Origin: an uncultured Rickettsiales bacterium
GTDB lineage: Bacteria > Myxococcota_A > UBA796 > UBA9615 > CAYRNR01
DNA length: 64,000 bases
Reading direction: 5' to 3'
Assembly: GCA_964504165.1 (NCBI GenBank)
Contig: CAZDDH010000006.1
Coordinates: 4,235-68,234, forward strand
A program made the position numbers and the translations under genes. Below the pieces are notes generated by a model. That model did no database searches, was not told the origin of the DNA, and was given only the letters and a program-made list of their open reading frames with translations. Below, piece by piece: positions 18,050 through 26,092 of this stretch (position 1 is the first letter of the stretch; every line of letters begins with the position of its first letter).

Positions 18050-19668
18050 TGCGCCACCACCTACCTGTCCTGGCCGCCATTTTGGTGTGCATGCCGTTCC
18101 TGGGCGGGGTGCAGCAGTGCGGGAGCACTCAGCCGACGAACTCGGGTGATCAGCAGCCCGACGCGGGCGCCACGACCACGGACGCCACACCCACGAGCGA
18201 AGGCGGCACCGCGACCGACGAGGCGGGGGCACCCGCCGAACCGGGAGCCGTTGACCCGGAAACCGGCGAGCCCGTGCCGGCCGCCCCCCCCGCTCCCCCG
18301 GCCGAGACCGCGGAGCAGATCGCCCGGCGTGAGTTCGACGATGGGGTGATGGCGATGAACCTGGTGCCCCCCCAGTTGCCAACTGCCGTCGCGCGTTTCG
18401 AGAGCGTGGTGTCGCGTGTGCCCGACTGGGCCCAGGGCCACTACAACCTGGGCCTCGCCTACATGAAGCAAGGCAACGTGACCAAGGCCATCCCTTCGCT
18501 GGAGAAGGCCACGAGCAAGGATCCCACCATCGGTGAGGCATGGGTTGCGTTGGGTGTGTGCTACGAGCGCCAGGAGCGGCGCGGTGCGGCGTTGGATGCA
18601 TACTCGCAGTGCATCAAAAATGACCCGGAGAACGCCGACTGCCGGCTCGGCTCGGTGCGCATGGACTTTGCTGCCGGCGCCAGCGCGGATGAGATCGTGG
18701 ATCGGATCCGGGACATCCTGCGTATCAACTCCACCTCGGTAGGGGCGTACCTGTTGCTGTCCCAGGCTTACATGAAGCAGGGGGAACCCCAGCTGGCCAA
18801 GTTCGCCCTGGAGAAGGCCCGCCGGGCGAATCCCCTCGCCGAGCAGAATCCGACGCTGCACTGTAATCTGGGCATGATCTACCGCGAACTCGGGCTGGAT
18901 TTCGAGGCCAAACTCGAGTTCGAGAAGGCCATCGAGCTGGACCCCAATCACATCCAAACGCGGGTCAACCTGGCCAACCTCAAGCTCCATGATCTGGATT
19001 TCGAGGGAGCCCGCGATCTGGCTGCGCCCGCGGTCCAGCTGGATCCCAACCACGTAGGCGCCCGGCTGGCACTGGCCGTTGCCAAGCGCGGTACCGGTGA
19101 TCTGCAGGGCGCGGTGACCGATCTGACCTATGTGCTGGAGAACGATCCGGGCAACAAGGATGCGCTGTTCAACCTCGGCGTGCTCTACTCGGACTTTTCT
19201 CGTGAGAACGACAAGGCCGTCCAGACGTACGAAGAGCTGATCCGGATTCTGCCCGAGGGGGAAGACCGGGATCAGGTCCAGAGTTACATCGACGAGGTCC
19301 GCAAATCCCAGGAGCGCGAGCTGCGGGATCGGGAGCGCGAGCAGCGTCGCAAGGAACGTGAGGCGCAGCGTAAGGCTGATGAGGAGGCCCGTGCCGCCGA
19401 AGAGGCCGCCGCCGCCGCTGCCGAAGCTGCTGCGGCCCAGGAGGCCGCCGCCGCTGCCGAAGCTGCTGCGGCCCAGGAGGCCGCCGCCGCCGCCGAGGAA
19501 GCAGCTGCCGCTGCCGCCGAAGCCGCCGCCAACGAGGCAGCGGGTGCCGAGGCTCCTGCTGCCGAGGCTCCTGCTGCGGGGACGCCGCCGGCAGAAGGTG
19601 AAGGGTCGCAACCCGCAGCCGAGGAAGAGACCCCCGCGGAACCAGCCCCGGCGGGCGGGAGCGAGTAG
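18049..19668 (+). CDS. Periplasmic TPR-repeat protein (539 aa) with a C-terminal Arg/Glu coiled coil and an Ala/Glu-rich low-complexity tail
   Basis: Signal peptide MRHHLPVLAAILVCMPFLGG. TPR repeats (HYNLGLAYMKQGNVTKAI.., AWVALGVCYERQERRGAAL..). Tail REREQRRKEREAQRKADEEARAAEEAAAAAAEAAAAQEAAAAAEAAAAQE... ATG at 18049 overlaps the previous stop by 1 nt. Confidence 0.8.
   Translation: MRHHLPVLAAILVCMPFLGGVQQCGSTQPTNSGDQQPDAGATTTDATPTSEGGTATDEAGAPAEPGAVDPETGEPVPAAPPAPPAETAEQIARREFDDGVMAMNLVPPQLPTAVARFESVVSRVPDWAQGHYNLGLAYMKQGNVTKAIPSLEKATSKDPTIGEAWVALGVCYERQERRGAALDAYSQCIKNDPENADCRLGSVRMDFAAGASADEIVDRIRDILRINSTSVGAYLLLSQAYMKQGEPQLAKFALEKARRANPLAEQNPTLHCNLGMIYRELGLDFEAKLEFEKAIELDPNHIQTRVNLANLKLHDLDFEGARDLAAPAVQLDPNHVGARLALAVAKRGTGDLQGAVTDLTYVLENDPGNKDALFNLGVLYSDFSRENDKAVQTYEELIRILPEGEDRDQVQSYIDEVRKSQERELRDREREQRRKEREAQRKADEEARAAEEAAAAAAEAAAAQEAAAAAEAAAAQEAAAAAEEAAAAAAEAAANEAAGAEAPAAEAPAAGTPPAEGEGSQPAAEEETPAEPAPAGGSE
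19414..19485 (+). repeat. In-frame perfect 36-bp tandem duplication encoding an AAEAAAAQEAAA repeat
   Basis: gccgctgccgaagctgctgcggcccaggaggccgcc occurs twice back-to-back (19414-19449 and 19450-19485), inside the CDS 18049..19668. Confidence 0.8.
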
Positions 19669-19705
19669 GAAATGGGATGCCCCGAGGACCTCGTGCGTGG
19701 TCAAG

Positions 19706-19732
19706 AGACCGTCAAACAAGAGACGGTTTGTC
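19706..19732 (+). terminator. Weak hairpin/terminator candidate downstream of the third TPR gene
   Basis: ACCGTC-aaacaaga-GACGGT is a 6-bp stem with an 8-nt loop, followed by TTTGTCG. It lies 40 nt after the stop at 19668. Confidence 0.3.
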
Positions 19733-19819
19733 GAACATGCGCAACTAGTCCGCGGGACAGCACGTTGGATGGGTTATAACCGTCGCGTTTGATGGTTTGG
19801 AAAAGCGCTGTGAGCGTGG

Positions 19820-19848
19820 TTGTGCCAGGTCTGCGAGTTCCCTATAAT
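19820..19848 (+). promoter_or_regulatory. Sigma70-like promoter candidate TTGTGC – 17 nt – TATAAT upstream of the motor sub-operon
   Basis: -35 TTGTGC (19820-19825), 17-nt spacer, consensus -10 TATAAT (19843-19848), about 50 nt upstream of the GTG at 19897. Confidence 0.4.
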
Positions 19849-19896
19849 GGGATGCTCTTGGGCTAGGACCGGAACCGAAAAAGAGGAGCAATATCG

Positions 19897-20154
19897 GTGA
19901 GTTTGGTACGTTTCAGCCGATCGATAATGCTCGGGGCGATCGCGGTCGTCCTGCTGTGCTGTGCCCCCGTGGGCCAGGCACAACAACGTAAAAAAATCGT
20001 CATAGAAGAGGCGGAACAGGTTGAAGGTACGGTTCAGAAGCCCCAGGTGACGTACATTGTCACTCGCCAGGACATCGAGGACCATGAGCAGTTGAAGCTG
20101 GACAAGAGCTTCGTACCCAAGATCGTCGAGTCTGTGGACAAGGAACCTTTCTGA
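19897..20154 (+). CDS. Small secreted or membrane-anchored protein (85 aa), hypothetical
   Basis: GTG start with RBS AAGAGGAG 6 nt upstream. N-terminal hydrophobic segment MLGAIAVVLLCCAPVGQAQ followed by a charged tail. Confidence 0.5.
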   Translation: MSLVRFSRSIMLGAIAVVLLCCAPVGQAQQRKKIVIEEAEQVEGTVQKPQVTYIVTRQDIEDHEQLKLDKSFVPKIVESVDKEPF

Positions 20155-20244
20155 ACGAATTAGAGGATCGAACATTGAGCGGCCGTGGACTACGTGCCGT
20201 TCAGTGAGATACGGATACAAGTTCATTCCAAGGAGGATTTCGGA

Positions 20245-20898
20245 ATGGGAAGCATGGTTGAGTTCTTCAGTAAGGGTGGACCGTTCATGTACGGGATCTT
20301 GGGCGTGTGGGTTATCGCCCTGGCGACCATCATCGAGCGGTTCTACTTCATCTTCTTCAGGTACAACCTAAACGGCGCCGCCTTCATGGCTCAGATCCAG
20401 AAGCTCGTGATGGCGAACAACATCGACCGCGCCATCAAGCTGTGCAACGCAGAGGCGAACGCCGCGTTGAGCCGCGTGCTCAAGGCAGGCCTCACCCGCG
20501 CCAACCGCAGCACGTTGGAGATCCAGAACGCTGTGGACGAGGCCACGCTGGAGGTCATGCCTCTGGTGACCAAGCGCACCCCGATGCTGGGTATGTGGGC
20601 CAACGTCGCCACCCTGACAGGTCTGCTGGGAACCATTTCCGGTCTGATTCAGGCGTTCAAGGCCGTAGGTGCCGCATCCGCCGAACAGAAGCAGGCCCTC
20701 TTGGCTTCCGGTATTTCCATCGCCATGTACACCACGATGTTCGGTCTCATCGTGGCCATCCCGACCATGGTGTTCCACGCCATCATCCAGGGTCGCACGA
20801 CCAAGGTGATCGACGACGTGGACCAGTACTCGGTGAAACTGGTCAACCTGCTCAGTGCTCGTCAGCGTGGTTCGCTGAAGGAGTCTGAAGGTCAGTAG
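20245..20898 (+). CDS. MotA/TolQ/ExbB-family proton-channel protein (AglR/TolQ-like)
   Basis: MGSMVEFFSKGGPFMYGILGVWVIALATIIERFYF... is a typical ExbB N-terminus and first TM, with two more TMs near the C-terminus (ISIAMYTTMFGLIVAIPTMVFHAII). AGGAGGA RBS at 20231-20237. The track's in-frame GTG at 20185 is an alternative start that cannot be excluded. Confidence 0.9.
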   Translation: MGSMVEFFSKGGPFMYGILGVWVIALATIIERFYFIFFRYNLNGAAFMAQIQKLVMANNIDRAIKLCNAEANAALSRVLKAGLTRANRSTLEIQNAVDEATLEVMPLVTKRTPMLGMWANVATLTGLLGTISGLIQAFKAVGAASAEQKQALLASGISIAMYTTMFGLIVAIPTMVFHAIIQGRTTKVIDDVDQYSVKLVNLLSARQRGSLKESEGQ

Positions 20899-20998
20899 AT
20901 CGGTCTGCTGGGCTTGAGCGTGGTGTCCTGAATGGGGCATCACAGTCGGCTAGCGAACGCGGCCCAATGGCCGCCGCCGTAGAAACCTGGAGAGCCAA

Positions 20999-21568
20999 AT
21001 GAGTGCTGCCGCGAATCGTAAAAAAGGCGCCATTCAGCAGAAGGTCGAGCCACCAAATATGGTGCCGATCATGAACCTGATGACGATTCTCATCCCGTTC
21101 ATCCTGCTGTCGGTACAGTTCGTTCACCTCGCGGTGATCGACAGCTCCCTGCCGGCCATTGGAGCGCCCAAGGCCACATCGGAGACCGTGGACGACAAAC
21201 CCCCGCTGATGCTAACGGTGGCCGTCACCGACCGAGGATTCATCGTGGGTGGAAACGCGGCCATTCTCTCTACAGGTGAAGAAGAGGAAGCCGGACAGAT
21301 CACGGATGTTGCCCAGGCCGTCGAGCGCGAGCCGACCATCCCTGTGGATAACGAGGGCAACCATCAATACGAGAAGCTCACCGAGCTGCTCGTCAAGGTG
21401 AAGGCCGAGTATCCGGATGAGCAGAATGTCATCCTGATACCGGAGTCCGAGATCGTCTACGAAGTCATCATTGGGACCATGGACGCCACGCGAGACCACG
21501 AACCCGAGGGAGCCGAAGAGAAAGAAATGCTCTTCCCCTTCGTGGTCATCGCCGGTGGCGCACAGTAG
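20999..21568 (+). CDS. ExbD/TolR-family protein (AglQ/AglS-like), first copy
   Basis: Short cytoplasmic N-terminus and a single TM (MVPIMNLMTILIPFILLSVQFV) with a conserved acidic residue context, then a periplasmic domain. GGAGAG RBS. Confidence 0.82.
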   Translation: MSAAANRKKGAIQQKVEPPNMVPIMNLMTILIPFILLSVQFVHLAVIDSSLPAIGAPKATSETVDDKPPLMLTVAVTDRGFIVGGNAAILSTGEEEEAGQITDVAQAVEREPTIPVDNEGNHQYEKLTELLVKVKAEYPDEQNVILIPESEIVYEVIIGTMDATRDHEPEGAEEKEMLFPFVVIAGGAQ

Positions 21569-21577
21569 GAGCCAGCA

Positions 21578-22090
21578 ATGCCAAGTCCAGCAGAGCTCCG
21601 CGCTAAATCGAAGAGCAGGGCCGGCGAAAAGCAGGAACTGTCCATCACGTCGCTCATGGACATGATGACCATCATCCTGGTTTTCCTCCTGAAGAGCTAC
21701 TCCGTGGAAGATATCCAGGTGAAGCCTTCAGCTGACCTGCGGTTGCCCGCATCCTCCTCCAAAAAGGCACCCGAGGTCGCCGTCAACCTGGTGGTTTCCA
21801 AGCGGACCATTTCAGTAGACGGGGTCAAGGTCATCGATGTCAGTGACATGGCCGTGGCCGAGGAATACAAGCGTGGGACCATGATCACGCCGCTGTACGA
21901 TACGTTGCAGGAGAAGGCAGACGATGCCAAGGCAATCGCTGCTCGCAACGTGAATCAGCCGTTCACGGGACGCATGCTCCTCCAGTGCGATGAGAAGGTA
22001 CCTTTTTCGTTGCTTCGCGAGGTGATGTACACTGCCGGCCAGGCGCAGTTCGGTGAGTTCAAGTTCGTGGTCTACAAGAACAGTGAATAA
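21578..22090 (+). CDS. ExbD/TolR-family protein, second copy
   Basis: ITSLMDMMTIILVFLLKSY is the ExbD-type TM with the conserved Asp (LMDMM). Periplasmic ExbD fold. Confidence 0.82.
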   Translation: MPSPAELRAKSKSRAGEKQELSITSLMDMMTIILVFLLKSYSVEDIQVKPSADLRLPASSSKKAPEVAVNLVVSKRTISVDGVKVIDVSDMAVAEEYKRGTMITPLYDTLQEKADDAKAIAARNVNQPFTGRMLLQCDEKVPFSLLREVMYTAGQAQFGEFKFVVYKNSE

Positions 22091-22228
22091 CTGGGATTAG
22101 GACCTGAGCAGAACTCGTAAACCCTGCTATGATAGAAGGGCGTGCTCTCCGGGACGGGAGCACTGAAGTTCCGGGTCATGAAGGCCCGAAGCTGAATAAG
22201 GAACCGAACAGCACCTGAAGGGACGTCG

Positions 22229-23578
22229 ATGGGCGCCAAGGCTCAACCAAGCCACAAGGTCCTTCGGATCGGCATCATCCAGGGCGGGAAGATTCTCGAA
22301 GAGCGGTTGATCCGTTCAGGCGAGAACGTGACCGTGGGTGAATCCACGAGGAACACGTTCGTTCTTCCCAAATCGTTTCTGCCCAAGCAGTTCAAATTGT
22401 TCGTGGCCAAGGGGCCAGCGTACGCGCTGGCTTTCACGGACAAGATGCAGGGCAAGATCTCCATCAACAACGCGGTGCAGCCACTCAACAAGTTGGCTGG
22501 CAACGTCGCCAAGAAGCGGGGCGACGCCTACTACCTGAGCTTGACTGAGAAGAATCGAGGCAAGGTCCAGATCGGACCGGTCACGATCTTGTTCCAGTTC
22601 GTACAGGCGCCACCTGAACCCAAGAGGGTCGCTGTCAGCTTCAGCCCGTTCAGTGTCGGGCAAGTGGACTGGGTCTATCTGGGGTTCTTCTTCTTCTCGT
22701 GCATCGTCAACGGTGCCGCGTACATCTATGTGGACTCACAGCCGACGCCTGGGAAAGTCAGTATCGAGGACATCCCGGATCGGTTCACCCAGGTCTTCTT
22801 CGATGAAGAGACCGATGTCCAGGTCCCCGAGGAAGAACCCGAAGAGGATGGACTCGGCGAGGCTGAGGAAAAACCCGAGGACACCGGCGAGCCTACTGAC
22901 GCCGGCGGCGAGGCCGATGAGGGAGAGCCCGAAGAGCAAATGTCGGCCGAGGAGATCCGCGACCAGCGCAAGGCCGAACTGATGCAACAGGGGCTCGCTG
23001 CACTCATCGGTACGACAGGCGATACCGCGTCGGGCGATGCTGTGGCAGACCTCCTAGCCGATGGTGGGAGCTTGTCCGGCGACCTGGACGCAGCGCTCGC
23101 ATCCGCGGACGGCATCAAGGTTGCCCGTCGAGGCGAGGACACCACACTACGCGAGGGTGGATCCGGAACCGGCAAGGTCGGGAGTATCACCGACATGAGT
23201 GGTGCCGGGGGCGGAACAGCCGGCAGCGGCGAGAAGGTCCAGAAACAGGTCGAGGCCAAGGTCGGCGGCAACCTGGAGATTACCTTCGGTGACGCGGGCG
23301 ATGTCAGTGCGGTCAAGAAGTACGTGTCGCGCAAGAAGGGCCAGATCAAGGCCTGCTACGAGGAGCAGCTCAAGGGCAACCCCGATCTGCAAGGCAAGGT
23401 GGAAGTGACCTGGACCGTGCTGCCCAGCGGCGGCGTGTCCGGGGTTCACGTGGCCAGCAACAGCACGGGGAACAAGGGCCTGGAAAGCTGCATCATTCGC
23501 CGCATCAACCGTTGGAAGTTCCCCGAAGGGGCCGACGAGTTCGAGATCACCTACCCCTTCAACTTCTTCTCCGGATGA
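22229..23578 (+). CDS. FHA-like N-terminal domain – single TM – acidic/Pro and Gly-rich linker – TonB C-terminal domain protein (GltG/NfsG-like energy transducer candidate)
   Basis: The N-terminus (VLRIGIIQGGKILEERLIRSGENVTVGESTRNTFVL...GKISINNAV) resembles an FHA fold. TM is WVYLGFFFFSCIVNGAAYIYV. Then an acidic linker (PEEEPEEDGLGEAEEKPEDTGEPTDAGGEADEGEPEE) and a Gly/Ser-rich stretch. The C-terminus KACYEEQLKGNPDLQGKVEVTWTVLPSGGVSGVHVASNSTGNKGLESCIIRRINRWKFP matches the TonB-C pattern. Confidence 0.78.
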   Translation: MGAKAQPSHKVLRIGIIQGGKILEERLIRSGENVTVGESTRNTFVLPKSFLPKQFKLFVAKGPAYALAFTDKMQGKISINNAVQPLNKLAGNVAKKRGDAYYLSLTEKNRGKVQIGPVTILFQFVQAPPEPKRVAVSFSPFSVGQVDWVYLGFFFFSCIVNGAAYIYVDSQPTPGKVSIEDIPDRFTQVFFDEETDVQVPEEEPEEDGLGEAEEKPEDTGEPTDAGGEADEGEPEEQMSAEEIRDQRKAELMQQGLAALIGTTGDTASGDAVADLLADGGSLSGDLDAALASADGIKVARRGEDTTLREGGSGTGKVGSITDMSGAGGGTAGSGEKVQKQVEAKVGGNLEITFGDAGDVSAVKKYVSRKKGQIKACYEEQLKGNPDLQGKVEVTWTVLPSGGVSGVHVASNSTGNKGLESCIIRRINRWKFPEGADEFEITYPFNFFSG

Positions 23579-23755
23579 GTCGCTACTTTTTTTGACCGCC
23601 TGACGACTCAAATTTTTTCACAAAGTGTTATCCGCGCAGCGAATGAGCGGTTATATCAACTGCCAATTCAGGTTCAATCGATCGTGCGGGGCAGTTGACA
23701 CGATGGCTCTCCAGCCGTACGCTGAGAGTTCCGTCGGGGTTGCGGAGGATTCTTG

Positions 23756-24313
23756 ATGAGAGTTAACGGAACAGGCCATTGGCCCGGAAGATTCCTGGGC
23801 ATCATGCTGCTCGCAGCTTGTTTGGTAGCTCCAATTGCCCAAGCAGCCGAGGGCGATCCAGCGGATACCGCCAACATGACGCCGCGGCAGCAACTCGATT
23901 TTGCTGAAGAGGCGGTCTCCGACGTCAAGGGCGGGGCCAGGCACGTATTGAAGATGGTGGAGCAGGCACAGAAGAACAAAGACGTGCTGCTGCTCAATTG
24001 CCTCAATGAAAAATTGGCTGGGCTGAAGGCTCTGTTGAAGGTTGTTGAGGACGCGGACATGGCCATGCAAGAGGCGATGGCACGCGAGAACAACGATCTA
24101 GCAAATCACGAATTCCAAAAAGTCACCATGGCCCAGCAGCAGGCATCTCAGCTGGTCGTGGAAGCAGAGGCTTGCGTTCCGGAGGTCGGTGTTTCGTACG
24201 CCGGGCACGGCCGCTGGTCAGTGGATATGCCTGAAGAGCAAGATGATGCGGATGACTACCTCTCGGATCCCAGTGGTTTCGAACGGGCTCCTGAGAAGTC
24301 GCCCTTCAATTGA
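23756..24313 (+). CDS. Secreted α-helical hypothetical protein (185 aa)
   Basis: GGAGGA RBS 6 nt before the ATG at 23756. Signal peptide FLGIMLLAACLVAPIAQAAEG. A TTG at 23753 is an alternative start. Confidence 0.6.
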   Translation: MRVNGTGHWPGRFLGIMLLAACLVAPIAQAAEGDPADTANMTPRQQLDFAEEAVSDVKGGARHVLKMVEQAQKNKDVLLLNCLNEKLAGLKALLKVVEDADMAMQEAMARENNDLANHEFQKVTMAQQQASQLVVEAEACVPEVGVSYAGHGRWSVDMPEEQDDADDYLSDPSGFERAPEKSPFN

Positions 24314-24505
24314 GGGTTGAAGAGGGACGTTCCATCGGATAAAAATCATTCATCAACGCGGTGCTGAGGATGTGCGATGTGGGGCCGCGTGCGGGGATTT
24401 CAACGACAGCCGGATAAGACAGGAAGTCAAAATCGATCGGGATTGAAGAGGGACCCTCTGGGTTTCACACGGACAGGAAGATCTGTAGTAGTGTCTGACG
24501 TTGGA

Positions 24506-25834
24506 ATGAGCAGTATGAAGAAACGACTGTTGAGATTGGCTGGGCTGTGCGTGGGGGTGTCCTTGTGGATGTACCCCACCGTGTCTGCGGATGCTGCTGA
24601 AGATGATGAGGGGATTCGCGCTGGAGCCAGCGGGCGTTTTCAGCCCGGGATCGAGATTGGTGCAAGCTACGATAGTAATGTCTACCGGTCTGAATCCAAT
24701 GGCGAGGGAGACCTCGTTCTTCGCGTGGAACCGCACCTCCGCTACATCCTGCGTTCCGAGAACGCGGATTTCGAGGTGTACGGCGAATACCATCTGAAGC
24801 AGTACACCGGGGTCGCCGTAGACCACCAGAATGACTCCGTCGGGCACAAGGACCTGAACGTCTATGCCAACTACCTGGCTGGGCTCGATCTGGTCACGAG
24901 GCCCAAGGGGCAGTTCTCGTTCCTGTTCGGTGACAAATTGAGCAGGCTCTCCCGTGAGTTCGATAACGTCGATCTGCCCCAGTTCCGCTACTCCTTGATG
25001 GACAGCCTCAATAACAAAGCTCACATCGGAGTAGAGGGCCGGCCAGGGACCTCCTTGCGTATTCGGGGTACGTTCAACATCGATCTGGCGCGATACACCG
25101 GGGCCAACGCCCAGGGGTTCGGCGAGAGTTCAGATCGCCGGCTGTACGGCCAGGCCTTCGATTTCTACGGCAACATCGAAGTTGGCTGGAAATTCTTCCC
25201 CAAGACACAGGCGATGTTGATTGCCGACTTCGGCCACATCATGTGGGAACCGGATCTTCAGGATTCTTTCACCGTTGCCGGCTGCGATGAGTCTCTGTGT
25301 TCCATGAACCAGTACGACTCCGACCACTGGCGGGTTTGGCTGGGGGTCCAGGGCAAGATCAGCCGCAAGCTGGCTCTGCAGGGCCTGTTCGGGTACGGCA
25401 ACGCCTACTTTCCAAACAGCTCGGAAGGTGTCGGGGGAAATCTGCGCGGCGCGGACGGTATCCTGGGTAAGGTTCAGTTGCACTGGAATCCGGCCCTCAC
25501 TCAGAAGATCACAATCGGCTTCCTGCGCGACTACCGGTTTCTGTATTTCTCCAACTACTACATCACGACGTCGCCCTACGTGAGATACCGCGGGCAGATC
25601 GCCGGATTCATCCTGCCGACAGCCGAGTTCAAGTACCTCTACCGGACCATCGCCGGCGACGTGGACCGTACGGACCACGAGATCAAGGCCCGTGCGGGTG
25701 TGGACTTCCAGATCCGAGACTTCTTCTCCGTGGGCGTGGACTACACTTACTGGTCCATCGTCGCTTCCTCGGACGGCAGTGAACCGACCTTCTCGGACCA
25801 CATGATCGGCCTGACCATCGAACTCGGCTACTGA
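24506..25834 (+). CDS. Outer-membrane β-barrel protein, hypothetical (GltA/B/H- or NfsA/B-like candidate)
   Basis: Signal peptide MSSMKKRLLRLAGLCVGVSLWMYPTVSADA. Alternating amphipathic β-strands with aromatic girdle residues and a C-terminal ...IGLTIELGY strand. ATG at 24506; ATG at 24515 is an alternative start. Confidence 0.7.
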   Translation: MSSMKKRLLRLAGLCVGVSLWMYPTVSADAAEDDEGIRAGASGRFQPGIEIGASYDSNVYRSESNGEGDLVLRVEPHLRYILRSENADFEVYGEYHLKQYTGVAVDHQNDSVGHKDLNVYANYLAGLDLVTRPKGQFSFLFGDKLSRLSREFDNVDLPQFRYSLMDSLNNKAHIGVEGRPGTSLRIRGTFNIDLARYTGANAQGFGESSDRRLYGQAFDFYGNIEVGWKFFPKTQAMLIADFGHIMWEPDLQDSFTVAGCDESLCSMNQYDSDHWRVWLGVQGKISRKLALQGLFGYGNAYFPNSSEGVGGNLRGADGILGKVQLHWNPALTQKITIGFLRDYRFLYFSNYYITTSPYVRYRGQIAGFILPTAEFKYLYRTIAGDVDRTDHEIKARAGVDFQIRDFFSVGVDYTYWSIVASSDGSEPTFSDHMIGLTIELGY

Positions 25835-25983
25835 ACCGTTTCCCCTTCAGTTGATCGAATCCTGAATCAATACGGGCGCCGCTGCGTCTGACCCACTGAA
25901 TAGCTCAGGAACGCTGCGCCTGAAGGGTAACCCCGTGGGCAAGGTATGGTCCCCATTTTGCCCATGGTAATTTGGCGAACATA

Positions 25984-26013
25984 TTGACATGGAAGGCCGC
26001 CGAAGCTTAAAAT
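25984..26013 (+). promoter_or_regulatory. Sigma70-like promoter candidate TTGACA – 18 nt – TAAAAT upstream of ftsK
   Basis: Consensus -35 TTGACA (25984-25989) and -10 TAAAAT (26008-26013) with an 18-nt spacer, about 80 nt upstream of the GTG at 26093. Confidence 0.35.
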
Positions 26014-26092
26014 TCTCGTGGCTCGATCTCGTTGGAGATGAATGCTGTAAAGCCCGCGGGAGCCACGTTCGTGGGCAGCTGAGGATGGGAAA

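Noticed and set aside
23579-23660. T-run (ctttttttg at about 23590) after the TonB-C gene as a terminator.
   Set aside because: No convincing GC-rich stem precedes the T-run, so it may just be an AT-rich intergenic spacer.
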